Below are positions 1 through 8,244 of a stretch of DNA of 50,794 nucleotides, one piece after another; position 1 is the first letter of the stretch, and each line of letters begins with the position of its first letter. The notes under the pieces were generated by a model. The model made no database searches, was not told the origin of the DNA, and worked only from the letters and a program-made list of their open reading frames with translations. Both the position numbers and the translations under genes were made by a program. Source of the DNA: Actinomycetota bacterium (GTDB lineage Bacteria; Actinomycetota; Thermoleophilia; Gaiellales; Gaiellaceae); the NCBI GenBank assembly GCA_046728735.1, contig JBKPFG010000122.1:1-50794 (forward strand), written 5' to 3'.

Positions 1-254
1 AGAAAGGTGGGGTCGAGCGTGGGTCGGATCGCGAGCGGGCCACCCCCGTGCAGCATCCCGCGGAGCCCCTCGCGGATGATCCCGGGAGCGGGGAGCGGGT
101 AGCTGAAGCTGGGGCAGACCCAGCCCGTGTTCCCGAGGGAAGCGCCTTGTCCGACCTCGTTCCGCTCGAGGACGACCACCTCGGAGCCGGCGCGGGAAAG
201 CTCGTAGGCGCAGCAGAGCCCCACGACTCCTCCACCGATCACGAGCACCCGCAC
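1..254 (-). CDS. FAD-dependent oxidoreductase (DAO / glycine-sarcosine oxidase-like), N-terminal part only; the gene runs off the left edge
   Basis: Hand translation of the reverse strand from GTG at 254-252 gives VRVLVIGGGVVGLCCAYELSRAGSEVVVLERNEVGQGASLGNTGW. This is a GxGxxG dinucleotide-binding fold followed by the GAS-x-x-N-x-G stretch typical of DAO-family flavoenzymes. It is absent from the ORF track because it is edge-truncated. Confidence 0.6.
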   Translation of the reverse strand, partial: MRVLVIGGGVVGLCCAYELSRAGSEVVVLERNEVGQGASLGNTGWVCPSFSYPLPAPGIIREGLRGMLHGGGPLAIRPTLDPTF

Positions 255-274
255 GGTCGCTACCGTACCGCCCT

Positions 275-1300
275 GTGGAAAGAGGACTGCCCCTCCTCGA
301 GCGCCTCGAGACCGACGTCGTGCTCGGCGCCGAGGGTTATCTCTTCGAGCTCGAGCGCCGCGGCTATCTCCAGAGCGGGCCCTTCGTCCCCGAGGTCGTG
401 CTCGACTACCCCAATGCGGTCCGGGAGCTCCACCGCGAGTTCCTGCGCGCCGGAGCGGAGGTCATGGTCGCCTTCACCTACTACGGCCACCGGGAGAAGC
501 TGCGGATGATCGGGCGGGAAGGCGACCTCGAGCCGCTGAACAGGAACGCGCTCAAGCTCGCCAAAGAAGCCGCGGAGGGAGGCGACGCGCTCGTTGCGGG
601 CAACATCTGCAACACGTGGGCGTACGACCCGGACGATCCCGAGCGATCGGGCGAGGTCGTCCGCGCCATGTACGAGGAGCAGGTCGGCTGGGCCGTGGAG
701 GAGGGCGTCGACTTCGTCATCTCGGAGACGAACGACTATCTCGGAGAGGCGCTCCTCGGGGTCGAAGTGATCCGGGAGAGCGGCCTTCCCTCGGTCGTCA
801 CCTTCGCCTCCACGAGCGAGACGACGATCGACGGCTTCGAGCTGGACGAGGCCTGCAAGCGGGTGGAGGACGCCGGCGCCGATGTGGTCGGCCTCAACTG
901 CTCGCGCGGGCCGGCGACGATGATGCCCATCCTCGAGCGCGTCCGTGCGGCAGTGTCCTGCCCGGTAGCGGCCCAGCCCGTTCCCTACCGGACGACCCCG
1001 GAGGAGCCGACCTTCGTCTCCCTGCACGGCGAGGGCGGGTCACGCGCGTTCCCCGTCGCACTCGATCCGTTCGTGCTCACGCGCTATGAGATGGCCGAGT
1101 TCGCGGTCGCCGCTCGCGATCTGGGTGTGAGCTACATCGGAATCTGCTGCGGCGGCGCACCGCACCACGTGCGTTCGATGGCCGAGGCCCTGGGAAGAAC
1201 CGTGCCCGCCAGCCGTTACTCGCCCGCCATGGAACTGCATCCGGTGCTGGGCGAGAACGTCGAGGAGCGAAACCGACGCTTCACGGGCTGGCAGGGCTGA
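275..1300 (+). CDS. Homocysteine S-methyltransferase family protein (betaine-homocysteine methyltransferase-like)
   Basis: 341-aa ORF with a GTG start. It shows the S-methyl_trans / BHMT-like pattern (GAEGYLFELERRGY near the N-terminus). The putative Zn-ligand cysteines are in GLNCSRG and IGICCGG. Third-codon positions are GC-rich. Confidence 0.85.
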   Translation: MERGLPLLERLETDVVLGAEGYLFELERRGYLQSGPFVPEVVLDYPNAVRELHREFLRAGAEVMVAFTYYGHREKLRMIGREGDLEPLNRNALKLAKEAAEGGDALVAGNICNTWAYDPDDPERSGEVVRAMYEEQVGWAVEEGVDFVISETNDYLGEALLGVEVIRESGLPSVVTFASTSETTIDGFELDEACKRVEDAGADVVGLNCSRGPATMMPILERVRAAVSCPVAAQPVPYRTTPEEPTFVSLHGEGGSRAFPVALDPFVLTRYEMAEFAVAARDLGVSYIGICCGGAPHHVRSMAEALGRTVPASRYSPAMELHPVLGENVEERNRRFTGWQG

Positions 1301-2720
1301 GCGCCCCCGAGCGAATCAGCTCGCGAACCGGATCGAGGTCGGCCGGCACGCCGTCGCCCTCGTCCATGAACGGGACGAGCTCCCGTACGAGGTCATAAGC
1401 TCGTTTCGTCCCGGCGCCAAGCCGTTCTGGACGCCGTAGATCGACGGCCTGGCAGGCGATGACGAGCCCGATCGCCAGGACGCGCTCGCCGAGATCGACC
1501 ATCTCCGCGACCCGGCGCGCAGCGAGCGGCGCCAGGGTCATCCGGTCCTCGATCCCTTCCGCGTGGGTGGTCGTCACGACCTCGAAGGAGACCGGGTGCG
1601 CCAGCAGGCGCGCCTCGCCGGTCAGGCCCTGCAGCGGGACCCCGAACTCGCCCAGCGAGTTCTCGGCCAGGCCCTGGCGCGGGGCCAGGGCGTCGGGCAG
1701 CCCGCTCAGCCATCCCTGCAGGAGCTTGAGCGAACGTTCGGCTGCGCTCGTAAGCGCCGGCGCGAGCGCGATCCGGAGGAAGTCGAGCGCCGCGGCCAGC
1801 GGCAGGACGTCGAAGTTCGCGATCGACACGATCCGGTCTTCCTCGGGGAGGACGAGCGGGTTCTCCTGGGAGGCGTTCAGCTCGGTCGTGACCTGACGCT
1901 GGGCGAACTCGAGCGCGTCGCGGAGGGCGCCGTGCACCTGCGGCAGGCAGCGGAACGTCAGTGGATCCTGGAGATTGCGCGCGGCACCCGGTTCCCACAG
2001 GTAGCTGCCCTCGAGCAGCACGTGGAAGCGCTCGAGCGAGGCAACGAGGCCCGGATACGGCCGAACCCTTCCGATCTCCTCGTGGAGCATCGTCACGTTG
2101 GCGGCGAACGCCTCCAGATCGAGCGCGCCGCCGGCGTCGAGTGCCGCGAGGAGGCGGGTGGCGTCCGCAACCGCGAGCGCGGCCATCCCCGTCGAGAAGG
2201 CGTTGGAGTTCAGGAGCGCGAGGCCTTCCTTCGCCTGGAGGTCGGTCTCTCCGAAGAGCGCGTACGCGAGGTCCGCCATCGGAGGCAGGTCGGCTTGCCC
2301 GAGCGACCCGAGCATCCGCACCTGCGGACGCTCGTCGTCGTTCAGCGCCATCACGAGCCGTTCGGCGAGCTCCGGACGAGCGCCCGAAGTCCCTTTCGCG
2401 AGCGTGTTCGCCAGACGAAGCATCGTCGCGCGCACGATTTCCACGGGCGCGTCCGGGCCGGTCGCGGTGCGGTGATTCGCGATCAGCGCGCGATTGAAGG
2501 CCGGAATCTCCTCGACCGGGACGGGAGTCTTCTTGCGCGCGCCAACGCCGGTCGTCATGCCGTAGACGGAGTCCCCGCGCGCGACGACCCGTTCCACGAG
2601 CGCGCGCGTCTCGCGCATGCGCTCGGACGCGGAGGCCTCGACCTCGACCGCCTCGCCGCCGCGTGCGACGCGGACGACATCTTCCACGGTCAGCCCTTCG
2701 CCCGTTAGGCGGACGGTCAC
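1281..2720 (-). CDS. Aromatic amino acid ammonia-lyase (HAL/PAL) family protein lacking the Ala-Ser-Gly MIO triad
   Basis: HAL-family blocks are present: YGMTTGVG, AKEGLALLNSNA, LQDPLTFRCLPQVHGA, ENPLV and IEDRMTLA. I place the start at GTG 2720 (VTVRLTGEGLTVEDV), which overlaps the upstream stop as GTGA. The longer ORF-track start at 2816 adds an Arg-rich tail that overlaps the upstream gene. Where HAL has GSVG-ASG-DLAPL, this protein reads GSLG-QA-DLPPM (nt 2289-2309). Confidence 0.85.
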   Translation of the reverse strand: MTVRLTGEGLTVEDVVRVARGGEAVEVEASASERMRETRALVERVVARGDSVYGMTTGVGARKKTPVPVEEIPAFNRALIANHRTATGPDAPVEIVRATMLRLANTLAKGTSGARPELAERLVMALNDDERPQVRMLGSLGQADLPPMADLAYALFGETDLQAKEGLALLNSNAFSTGMAALAVADATRLLAALDAGGALDLEAFAANVTMLHEEIGRVRPYPGLVASLERFHVLLEGSYLWEPGAARNLQDPLTFRCLPQVHGALRDALEFAQRQVTTELNASQENPLVLPEEDRIVSIANFDVLPLAAALDFLRIALAPALTSAAERSLKLLQGWLSGLPDALAPRQGLAENSLGEFGVPLQGLTGEARLLAHPVSFEVVTTTHAEGIEDRMTLAPLAARRVAEMVDLGERVLAIGLVIACQAVDLRRPERLGAGTKRAYDLVRELVPFMDEGDGVPADLDPVRELIRSGALSPASP

Positions 2721-3817
2721 CAGACCGTCCGGGCCGTCTCGGCGATCGTCTGGAGCTTCGCGCGCTCGTCCTCGATCGTGAGCGCGTTGCCGAGGATCGA
2801 GGTGGCGAAGCCGCACTGAGGCGAGAGCGCGAGACGCTCGAGCGGCACGATGCGTGCAGCCTGGCCGATCCGGCCTGCGAGCTCCTCGACGGTCTCCTGT
2901 CGTGCGCTCTTCGTCGTGACGAGGCCGAGCACGACCAGCTTGTCCTCGGGCACCTCCCGCAGTGGCTCGAAATCGCCTGAGCGCTCGTCGTCGTATTCGA
3001 GCAGGAGCCGCTCGGCGTGGACGTGGGGGAAGATCCTGGCCGCCAGCCAGTCGTACCCGCCGGAGACGAGCCAGCGACTGGCCTGGTTGCCGCGGCAGAG
3101 GTGGAGGCCGAACGTCACCCCGGGATGGTTGCCGATCACGTGGTTGTCGAGCTCGATCCCGAAGTCGAGCCAGCGCTCGGCCGGCCAGCCCCGGCGTTCG
3201 TAGAACTCGCGGTAGGAGGGATCCACGAGCAGGGGATACTGGGGCGCGTCGAGCTGGATGTAGCTCGCCCCCGCCCGGACGAGCTCGTCGACCTCCTCGC
3301 GCAGGATCTCTGCCACGGCGCCGAGGAACTCCTCCGCGCTCGTGTAGGCGCCGCTCGAGCGATCCGGTTCCCAGAAATTGGCGAATAGAGACGGGCTCGG
3401 CAGCGTTACCTTCAGCACGCGATCAGTTCGGCCGAGTGCGTACGTGAGCTCGTCCACCGAGAGAAACCGCTTGCGACGGAGCTTTCCCACCACAGCGATC
3501 GGAGGGCGCTCGACGACGAGGTCGCCAATCTCGTCCGAATGCCATTCGCCCCAGAGGAAGGCGTCGAGGTCCCAGTCGCCGAAGCCCTCCACGGCCGCGG
3601 TCATCTGGCTCTGGAAGGAGAGCCGGCGCATCTCTCCGTCGGTGACGACGTCGAGGCCGGCCTCCTCCTGGAGTCGAATCGCCTCGTCCACGGCTCGGTT
3701 CTCGACCTGCTCGAGCTCGGCCTCGCCGAGCTCTCCACGCTCGAACTGCTCGCGGGCCGCGAGCAGCTCCGGCGGCCTCAGCAGGCTGCCGACGACGTCG
3801 GTGTGGGCTTCGAGCAC
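2717..3817 (-). CDS. Cobalamin-independent methionine synthase (MetE) C-terminal-domain family protein (Meth_synt_2-like Zn methyltransferase)
   Basis: The C-terminal about 366 aa of the 561-aa ORF look genuine: HTDVVGSLLRPPELL, QLDAPQY, GLHLCRGN and LSPQCGFA (His/Cys Zn-site motifs). I chose GTG 3817 as the start (M-LEAHTDVVGSLLRP). The upstream part of the ORF is Arg/Pro-rich shadow sequence. Confidence 0.8.
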   Translation of the reverse strand: MLEAHTDVVGSLLRPPELLAAREQFERGELGEAELEQVENRAVDEAIRLQEEAGLDVVTDGEMRRLSFQSQMTAAVEGFGDWDLDAFLWGEWHSDEIGDLVVERPPIAVVGKLRRKRFLSVDELTYALGRTDRVLKVTLPSPSLFANFWEPDRSSGAYTSAEEFLGAVAEILREEVDELVRAGASYIQLDAPQYPLLVDPSYREFYERRGWPAERWLDFGIELDNHVIGNHPGVTFGLHLCRGNQASRWLVSGGYDWLAARIFPHVHAERLLLEYDDERSGDFEPLREVPEDKLVVLGLVTTKSARQETVEELAGRIGQAARIVPLERLALSPQCGFATSILGNALTIEDERAKLQTIAETARTVW

Positions 3818-3883
3818 GGGTGTAACGGTAATACCCGCCCCGCTACCATTCCCCGCGCGCGACCCGCGCCGAGGCGCCCCTCG

Positions 3884-5056
3884 ATGAGAGACATCCTCGT
3901 CCTCTGCCCGCAAGAGCGGGATCTGAATGCCATCAGGTCGGCGCGGCTCGCCGACAGCTACCGCATCCACTACGAGGGCTCCGACCTCGACCAGCTGCAG
4001 GATTTCGATCCCGTCGCGTTCCTCGGGGACCTGAACGAGGTACCGGCGGACGGTGTCATCGGCACGAAGGATCAGTCCGCTCTGCTCGCGGCCGTGCTCG
4101 CCGAGCGGCGCGGGTTGCCGGGCCCGACACCCCAGGCCCTGATCGCTTGTCAGCACAAGCCGACCTCGCGTGCTCGGCAACGGGAGGCGGCCCCGGAGGC
4201 GGTCCCTCGGGTTGCGCTCCTCGAAGACGGCGCTCCGTTCGACGTGCCCTTCTTCGTCAAGCCGGTCGTGGGGCGACTTTCGCAGAACGTGTACCGGATC
4301 GAGGACCCGAGCGACCTGCTCGGCCTCAACGAGATCGACAGCTACACGACTCGTTATGCGCAAATCGCGGCGCTGGCGGGCGCCGATCCCGAGTCCGTGC
4401 ACGGCTTCCTCGCCGAAGGGCTCCTTTCGGGGGACGAGGTCACCCTGGAGGGCTACGTCAGCGGGGGACGCGTGACGACGATCGGCGTGACGGATTCCGT
4501 CAAGTACCCCGGCACGTTCAGCTTCGAGCGCTTCGAGTATCCGTCCAGCCTCTCGGAGGCATGCCAGGACGAGCTCGCGGACGTCGCCTCACGCGTCATG
4601 CCGGCACTCGGCTTCGACGACGGGTTCTTCAACATCGAGTTCTTCATCACGGGGACGGGGCCCGCGCAGATCATCGAGGTCAACGGGCGGATCGCCTCGC
4701 AGTTCGCCCCGCTGGTCGAGGGCCTGCACGGACGCTCCACCTACGATGTTCTCTTCGAGCTCGCCTGCGGCGAGGATCCCAGGTGGGAGACCGGCCTGCC
4801 CGAAGGAGTCGCGGTCAGCTACGTCATGCGCGTCTTCGAGGACGCCTTCGTCGAGCAGGTCCCGGACCCCGAGGAGGGCGTCGAGCTGCTCGTCCGTCCG
4901 GGCCTCTTCCTCTCGGAACAGGGCCTGAACGACGCGCAGAGCTACCGGCTCGCGATTCTCTACGGGTTCGGGGAGACCCGGGAGGAGGCCGTGGAGCGCT
5001 GCCGGGCGCGGGCCGAGTCGCTCAACTTCCGGCTGGCGCCGGCGCCTGTGCGCTGA
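3884..5056 (+). CDS. ATP-grasp domain protein (carboxylate-amine ligase-like)
   Basis: ATG at 3884 (MRDILVLCPQERD). ATP-grasp blocks are present: PFFVKPVVGRLSQNVYRI, EGYVSGGRV and FFNIEFF...AQIIEVNGR. It is divergent from the MetE-like gene across a 66-nt spacer. Confidence 0.8.
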   Translation: MRDILVLCPQERDLNAIRSARLADSYRIHYEGSDLDQLQDFDPVAFLGDLNEVPADGVIGTKDQSALLAAVLAERRGLPGPTPQALIACQHKPTSRARQREAAPEAVPRVALLEDGAPFDVPFFVKPVVGRLSQNVYRIEDPSDLLGLNEIDSYTTRYAQIAALAGADPESVHGFLAEGLLSGDEVTLEGYVSGGRVTTIGVTDSVKYPGTFSFERFEYPSSLSEACQDELADVASRVMPALGFDDGFFNIEFFITGTGPAQIIEVNGRIASQFAPLVEGLHGRSTYDVLFELACGEDPRWETGLPEGVAVSYVMRVFEDAFVEQVPDPEEGVELLVRPGLFLSEQGLNDAQSYRLAILYGFGETREEAVERCRARAESLNFRLAPAPVR

Positions 5057-6521
5057 CGTTCCCGGGAAGCCCGCGCGCCTCCCGATTCGAGATTCCGACG
5101 GCACCGACGACCGCGCCCGCGAAGGCGAGCCCCGCGACGACGAGCATTCCGGCCCTGAAGGCAGCCGTCGAGGCATCGCGAAGCTCGGGGCTCGTCTGAC
5201 CCTTTGCCAGGGGAACGGCGCCGGGCGCGTCGACCCGCGCGTGGAAGACGACCGAGATCACGAGCCCGATGAGGGCGATGGCCAACAGGCTCCCCAGCCG
5301 GGAGACGGTCGAGTTGACGCCCGAGGCGATGCCCGCGTATTCCGAAGGCGCCGATTTGAGCGCGGTCGCCGTGATCGGCGCGACGAGCATCGCCAGACCG
5401 AGCGAGAGGAGCGCGAGGGCGGCGATTCCGGCCGTCCAGAAGTCGCTCTTGTCCTCGAGCAAGAGCATGCACAGCGAGCTGAGCCCGAGAAGGATCGGCG
5501 CGAGGGTGAGATAGAGCCTCGGTCCCTGCCGGTCGGCGAGCGCGCCGAATCGGGCCGCCAGGAGGAACATGACGAGGCTCGTCGGCACCTGGATGAGGCC
5601 CGCCTCGAACGGCGTGAAGCCGAGGAACTGAACGTAGAGCGTGAAGAAGACGAGCAAGCCGTAGAGCGCCGCGTAGACGATGAAGGTCTGCAGGTTGGCG
5701 GCCGCGAAGTTGCGACGCCTGAAGAGCGCGAACGGAAGCATCGGCTCGGCCGCGCGCCGCTCGTAGGCGACGAACCCGCCCAGGGCGACCACGGCGACGG
5801 CAAACGCCCAGGCATGGTCGGCGAACCCGGCGCGTGCACCTTCCACGAGGCCGTACGTGAGCGCGCCGAAGCCGAGCGCCGCGAGCACCGCGCCCGGGAT
5901 GTCCAGCCGGCCCACGCGCAGCTGCTTCCCCTCGTCGCAGCGCCCGATCTGGGCCAGGAAGACGGTGACGGCGGCGAGCGGGATGTTGAGGAAGAAGATC
6001 CACCGCCAGGAGGCCCACTCGACGAGCGCGCCCCCCGCGGGCGGGCCGGCGAGTGTCGCGACGCTCGTGAAGGCCGTCCAGAGGCCGACTGCCCGGCCGG
6101 CGTTGTCACCGTAGACGCCGCGCAGGAGGGCGAGCGAGTTGGTTGTCAGGAATGCCCCGGCGACGCCCTGGAGGAAGCGGGCGATGATCAGGACCGATTC
6201 GTTCGGCGCCGCGCCGGCGAGGATCGAGGTGAGGGCGAAGCCGGCGGCGCCGAGGATGAAGGCGTTGCGCCTCCCGTAGCGGTCCCCGATCGCACCGGCC
6301 ACCAGATAGAGCGCCGCGAGCGAGAGCGAGTAGGCGAGGAAGACCCACTGCTGGCCCGCCAGCCCGAGGTCGAGGTCGCGCTCGATCGTGGGGAGAGCCA
6401 CGATGACCACGGTCGCGTCGATGAAAGCGAGGGACGATCCCAGGATCGTGGCGACGAGCGTCAGCGTCCGACGCTGCTCGAGGCTCAGGGCCGCCATGCG
6501 CGGAGCATAAGGTGCCGCCAT
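5022..6521 (-). CDS. MFS transporter, DHA2 (EmrB/QacA-like, about 14 TMS) family
   Basis: There are many hydrophobic segments. MFS motif A is present (GAIGDRYGRRNAFILG). The length and a central loop fit the 14-TMS drug:H+ antiporters. The start is ATG 6521 (MAAPYAPRMAALSLEQ) or ATG 6497. The 3' end overlaps the convergent ATP-grasp gene by 35 nt. Confidence 0.85.
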   Translation of the reverse strand: MAAPYAPRMAALSLEQRRTLTLVATILGSSLAFIDATVVIVALPTIERDLDLGLAGQQWVFLAYSLSLAALYLVAGAIGDRYGRRNAFILGAAGFALTSILAGAAPNESVLIIARFLQGVAGAFLTTNSLALLRGVYGDNAGRAVGLWTAFTSVATLAGPPAGGALVEWASWRWIFFLNIPLAAVTVFLAQIGRCDEGKQLRVGRLDIPGAVLAALGFGALTYGLVEGARAGFADHAWAFAVAVVALGGFVAYERRAAEPMLPFALFRRRNFAAANLQTFIVYAALYGLLVFFTLYVQFLGFTPFEAGLIQVPTSLVMFLLAARFGALADRQGPRLYLTLAPILLGLSSLCMLLLEDKSDFWTAGIAALALLSLGLAMLVAPITATALKSAPSEYAGIASGVNSTVSRLGSLLAIALIGLVISVVFHARVDAPGAVPLAKGQTSPELRDASTAAFRAGMLVVAGLAFAGAVVGAVGISNREARGLPGNVSAQAPAPAGS

Positions 6522-6933
6522 GAGGAGAGGGACGCTCGCCGGGATCGCCGCCGCCGCCTTGTGGGCAGCCGCCGAGCCCGCGCTGGGCCGCGCGTTCCGC
6601 ACCTCGTACTCGGATCTGAGGCTTCTCGGCGGTCTCACGGGCACGGGCCCCCGGGCGGCGTTCACTCTTCATCTCGTGAACGGAGCGGTCTTCGGCGCCG
6701 TGTTCGAGATGCTCGGAGGCCGGGGGCCGCTACGGGGGGTGCTCGCCGCTGAGGCGGAGAATCTCGTGCTCTGGCCTGCGACCCTCTGGGCCCACCGCGT
6801 CCATCCCTCGTGTACGTCGGGAGAGTGGCCGCCACTCTTCGCCGACCGGCGGGTCTTCGCCTACGAGGTCACCGCGCACGGTCTCTTCGGCGCGGTGCTC
6901 GGCTTCCTGCTGCCTCAACCGCCCGGCGAGTAG
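6520..6933 (+). CDS. Hypothetical small membrane protein
   Basis: 137-aa ORF with an ATG start, 3-4 hydrophobic stretches and GC-rich third positions. I recognise no family. Its ATG is embedded in a CATG shared with the divergent MFS candidate start. Confidence 0.45.
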   Translation: MRRGTLAGIAAAALWAAAEPALGRAFRTSYSDLRLLGGLTGTGPRAAFTLHLVNGAVFGAVFEMLGGRGPLRGVLAAEAENLVLWPATLWAHRVHPSCTSGEWPPLFADRRVFAYEVTAHGLFGAVLGFLLPQPPGE

Positions 6934-6993
6934 GGCTGCGCCTCGGCGACGTCGAGAGGCTGGCCCCCCCGCGACCGCGGCCGGCGCGTCTCT

Positions 6994-7338
6994 CTAGTCG
7001 TCTTCGGCGTCTGGTAACGCTGCGTTGACGGACCCCGTGATGTCCTCGTCGATCGGTGGCGTCGAGGGCTCCGTCGCCCCGGCATCATCGGCTTCCGGCT
7101 CTGTGTCGGTCGCCACGTCTCCCCGGCTCCTCGTGGGCCCTCTTGCTGTCGTCTCCCCGCTCACGTAGGTGGCGCGGTCAGAGCGCTGGACGCTGCGCTG
7201 CCGACTGCGTGTGGAGACGTGTGCCCGCGAGTTTCTCTCGTTGACGTTCGCGGCGATCACGGCGTTCACGTCTCCGATCCCATTAGCGCCCTTCCCCGCA
7301 TGGCGGATACGCCGTTGGAGGATCTTCCTGATGTTCAC
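6994..7338 (-). CDS. Hypothetical protein (basic N-terminus, acidic Pro/Thr-rich C-terminus)
   Basis: The ORF is trimmed to GTG 7338, which lies 11 nt downstream of a GGGGGA Shine-Dalgarno-like run. Translation reads VNIRKILQRRIRHAGKGANGIGDVNAVIAANVNE...DEDITGSVNAALPDAEDD. I recognise no family. Confidence 0.4.
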   Translation of the reverse strand: MNIRKILQRRIRHAGKGANGIGDVNAVIAANVNERNSRAHVSTRSRQRSVQRSDRATYVSGETTARGPTRSRGDVATDTEPEADDAGATEPSTPPIDEDITGSVNAALPDAEDD

Positions 7339-7411
7339 GAAAAGGGTGTTCCCCCTTTGAAAATGCGGAAACAAGGGTCCGTTTCGGGCTCAACCGGGTA
7401 TCTCTCGGTGC

Positions 7412-8050
7412 GTGGGAATCGCCTATCCCACTCCCGGTGCGAAGGTCGTGCGCCTCCTCGACGTCGCCGTCCTCGTCTGGATCGCCGGCTGGCTCGTGCT
7501 CGCCCTGCTCGTGGCGCGCGAGGTCCGGAACCTCCGCGACCTGAGCGACACCGTCGTCGTCGCGGGCGTCGCGGTCGAGGACACGGGAGACCTGGTCGAT
7601 TCGCTCGGCAGCGTTCCGCTCGTCGGCGGCCAGGTGGGGGAGGTAGCGGATCGCGTTCGCGAGGCCGGACGGAGCGCCCAGGTGAGCGGCCGCGAGAGCC
7701 GCTCGAGCATCGACGACCTGAGCGTCCTGCTCGCGCTGGCCATCGGGCTCGTCCCGACGCTGCCTCTGCTCGGCCTCTACGCGCCGCTTCGAATCGCGTG
7801 GACACGCGATGCCAGGTCGGTTCGAAGAGCCGTCGAGTCGGATCCCGCCGATCCTGTGCTGGCCGAGCTCCTCGCCAGGCGGGCGCTGCTCACTCGTCGC
7901 TACGAGGAGATCCAGGCGGTGACGAGCGACCCCTTCCGGGATCTCGAACAGGGCCGTTTCGGCCCGCTGGCCGACCTCGAGCTCCGTCGATTGGGGCTCT
8001 CGCGGCGTACCGTTTCCGCCCGGGTCGAGCCGGGGAGGCCACGGCTATGA
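7412..8050 (+). CDS. Hypothetical membrane protein (two predicted TM segments)
   Basis: 212-aa ORF with a GTG start. Hydrophobic segments are LLDVAVLVWIAGWLVLALLVA and LSVLLALAIGLVPTLPLLGLYA. GC3 is high. I recognise no family. Confidence 0.55.
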   Translation: MGIAYPTPGAKVVRLLDVAVLVWIAGWLVLALLVAREVRNLRDLSDTVVVAGVAVEDTGDLVDSLGSVPLVGGQVGEVADRVREAGRSAQVSGRESRSSIDDLSVLLALAIGLVPTLPLLGLYAPLRIAWTRDARSVRRAVESDPADPVLAELLARRALLTRRYEEIQAVTSDPFRDLEQGRFGPLADLELRRLGLSRRTVSARVEPGRPRL

Positions 8051-8211
8051 CCGAGAAGAAGGGCGAACCCGCCACGAGGGAGGAGCTCGAGGAGCAGGAC
8101 CACGAGGAGCTTCCCGACCGCGAGGTCATGTCGATCGTCCCGATCCTCGATGCGACCGAGCCTCCGATCACCGCGGCGATCACTCCCGTCCCCGAGAAAC
8201 CGCCCGAATAG
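8047..8211 (+). CDS. Small acidic hypothetical protein (54 aa)
   Basis: ATG 8047 overlaps the preceding stop as ATGA, a translational-coupling signature. Translation reads MTEKKGEPATREELEEQDHEELPDREVMSIVPILD. The only support is the coupling and the codon bias. Confidence 0.35.
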   Translation: MTEKKGEPATREELEEQDHEELPDREVMSIVPILDATEPPITAAITPVPEKPPE

Positions 8212-8244
8212 CTCAGTCCGTCCATCCCGGTACCCTGATGGACG

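Noticed and set aside
48-1027. ORFs 48..509 (+) and 260..1027 (-) at the left end.
   Set aside because: Both overlap better-supported genes: the reverse-strand FAD-oxidoreductase N-terminus with GxGxxG, and the BHMT-like gene. They translate to Ala/Arg/Ser/Pro-rich sequence without motifs.
7341-7358. A hairpin AAAGGG-tgttcc-CCCTTT covering the Shine-Dalgarno region of the minus-strand gene 6994..7338, considered as a possible translational switch.
   Set aside because: The stem is only 6 bp and half of it is A-T. The gene itself is a low-confidence call. This is not enough to propose a regulatory element.
7219-8046. The long N-terminal part of ORF 7219..8211 (+), extremely Arg-rich.
   Set aside because: It overlaps the better-looking 7412..8050 membrane-protein frame and is about one-third arginine. 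I kept only the last 54 codons, which begin at an ATGA-coupled ATG, and those only at low confidence.
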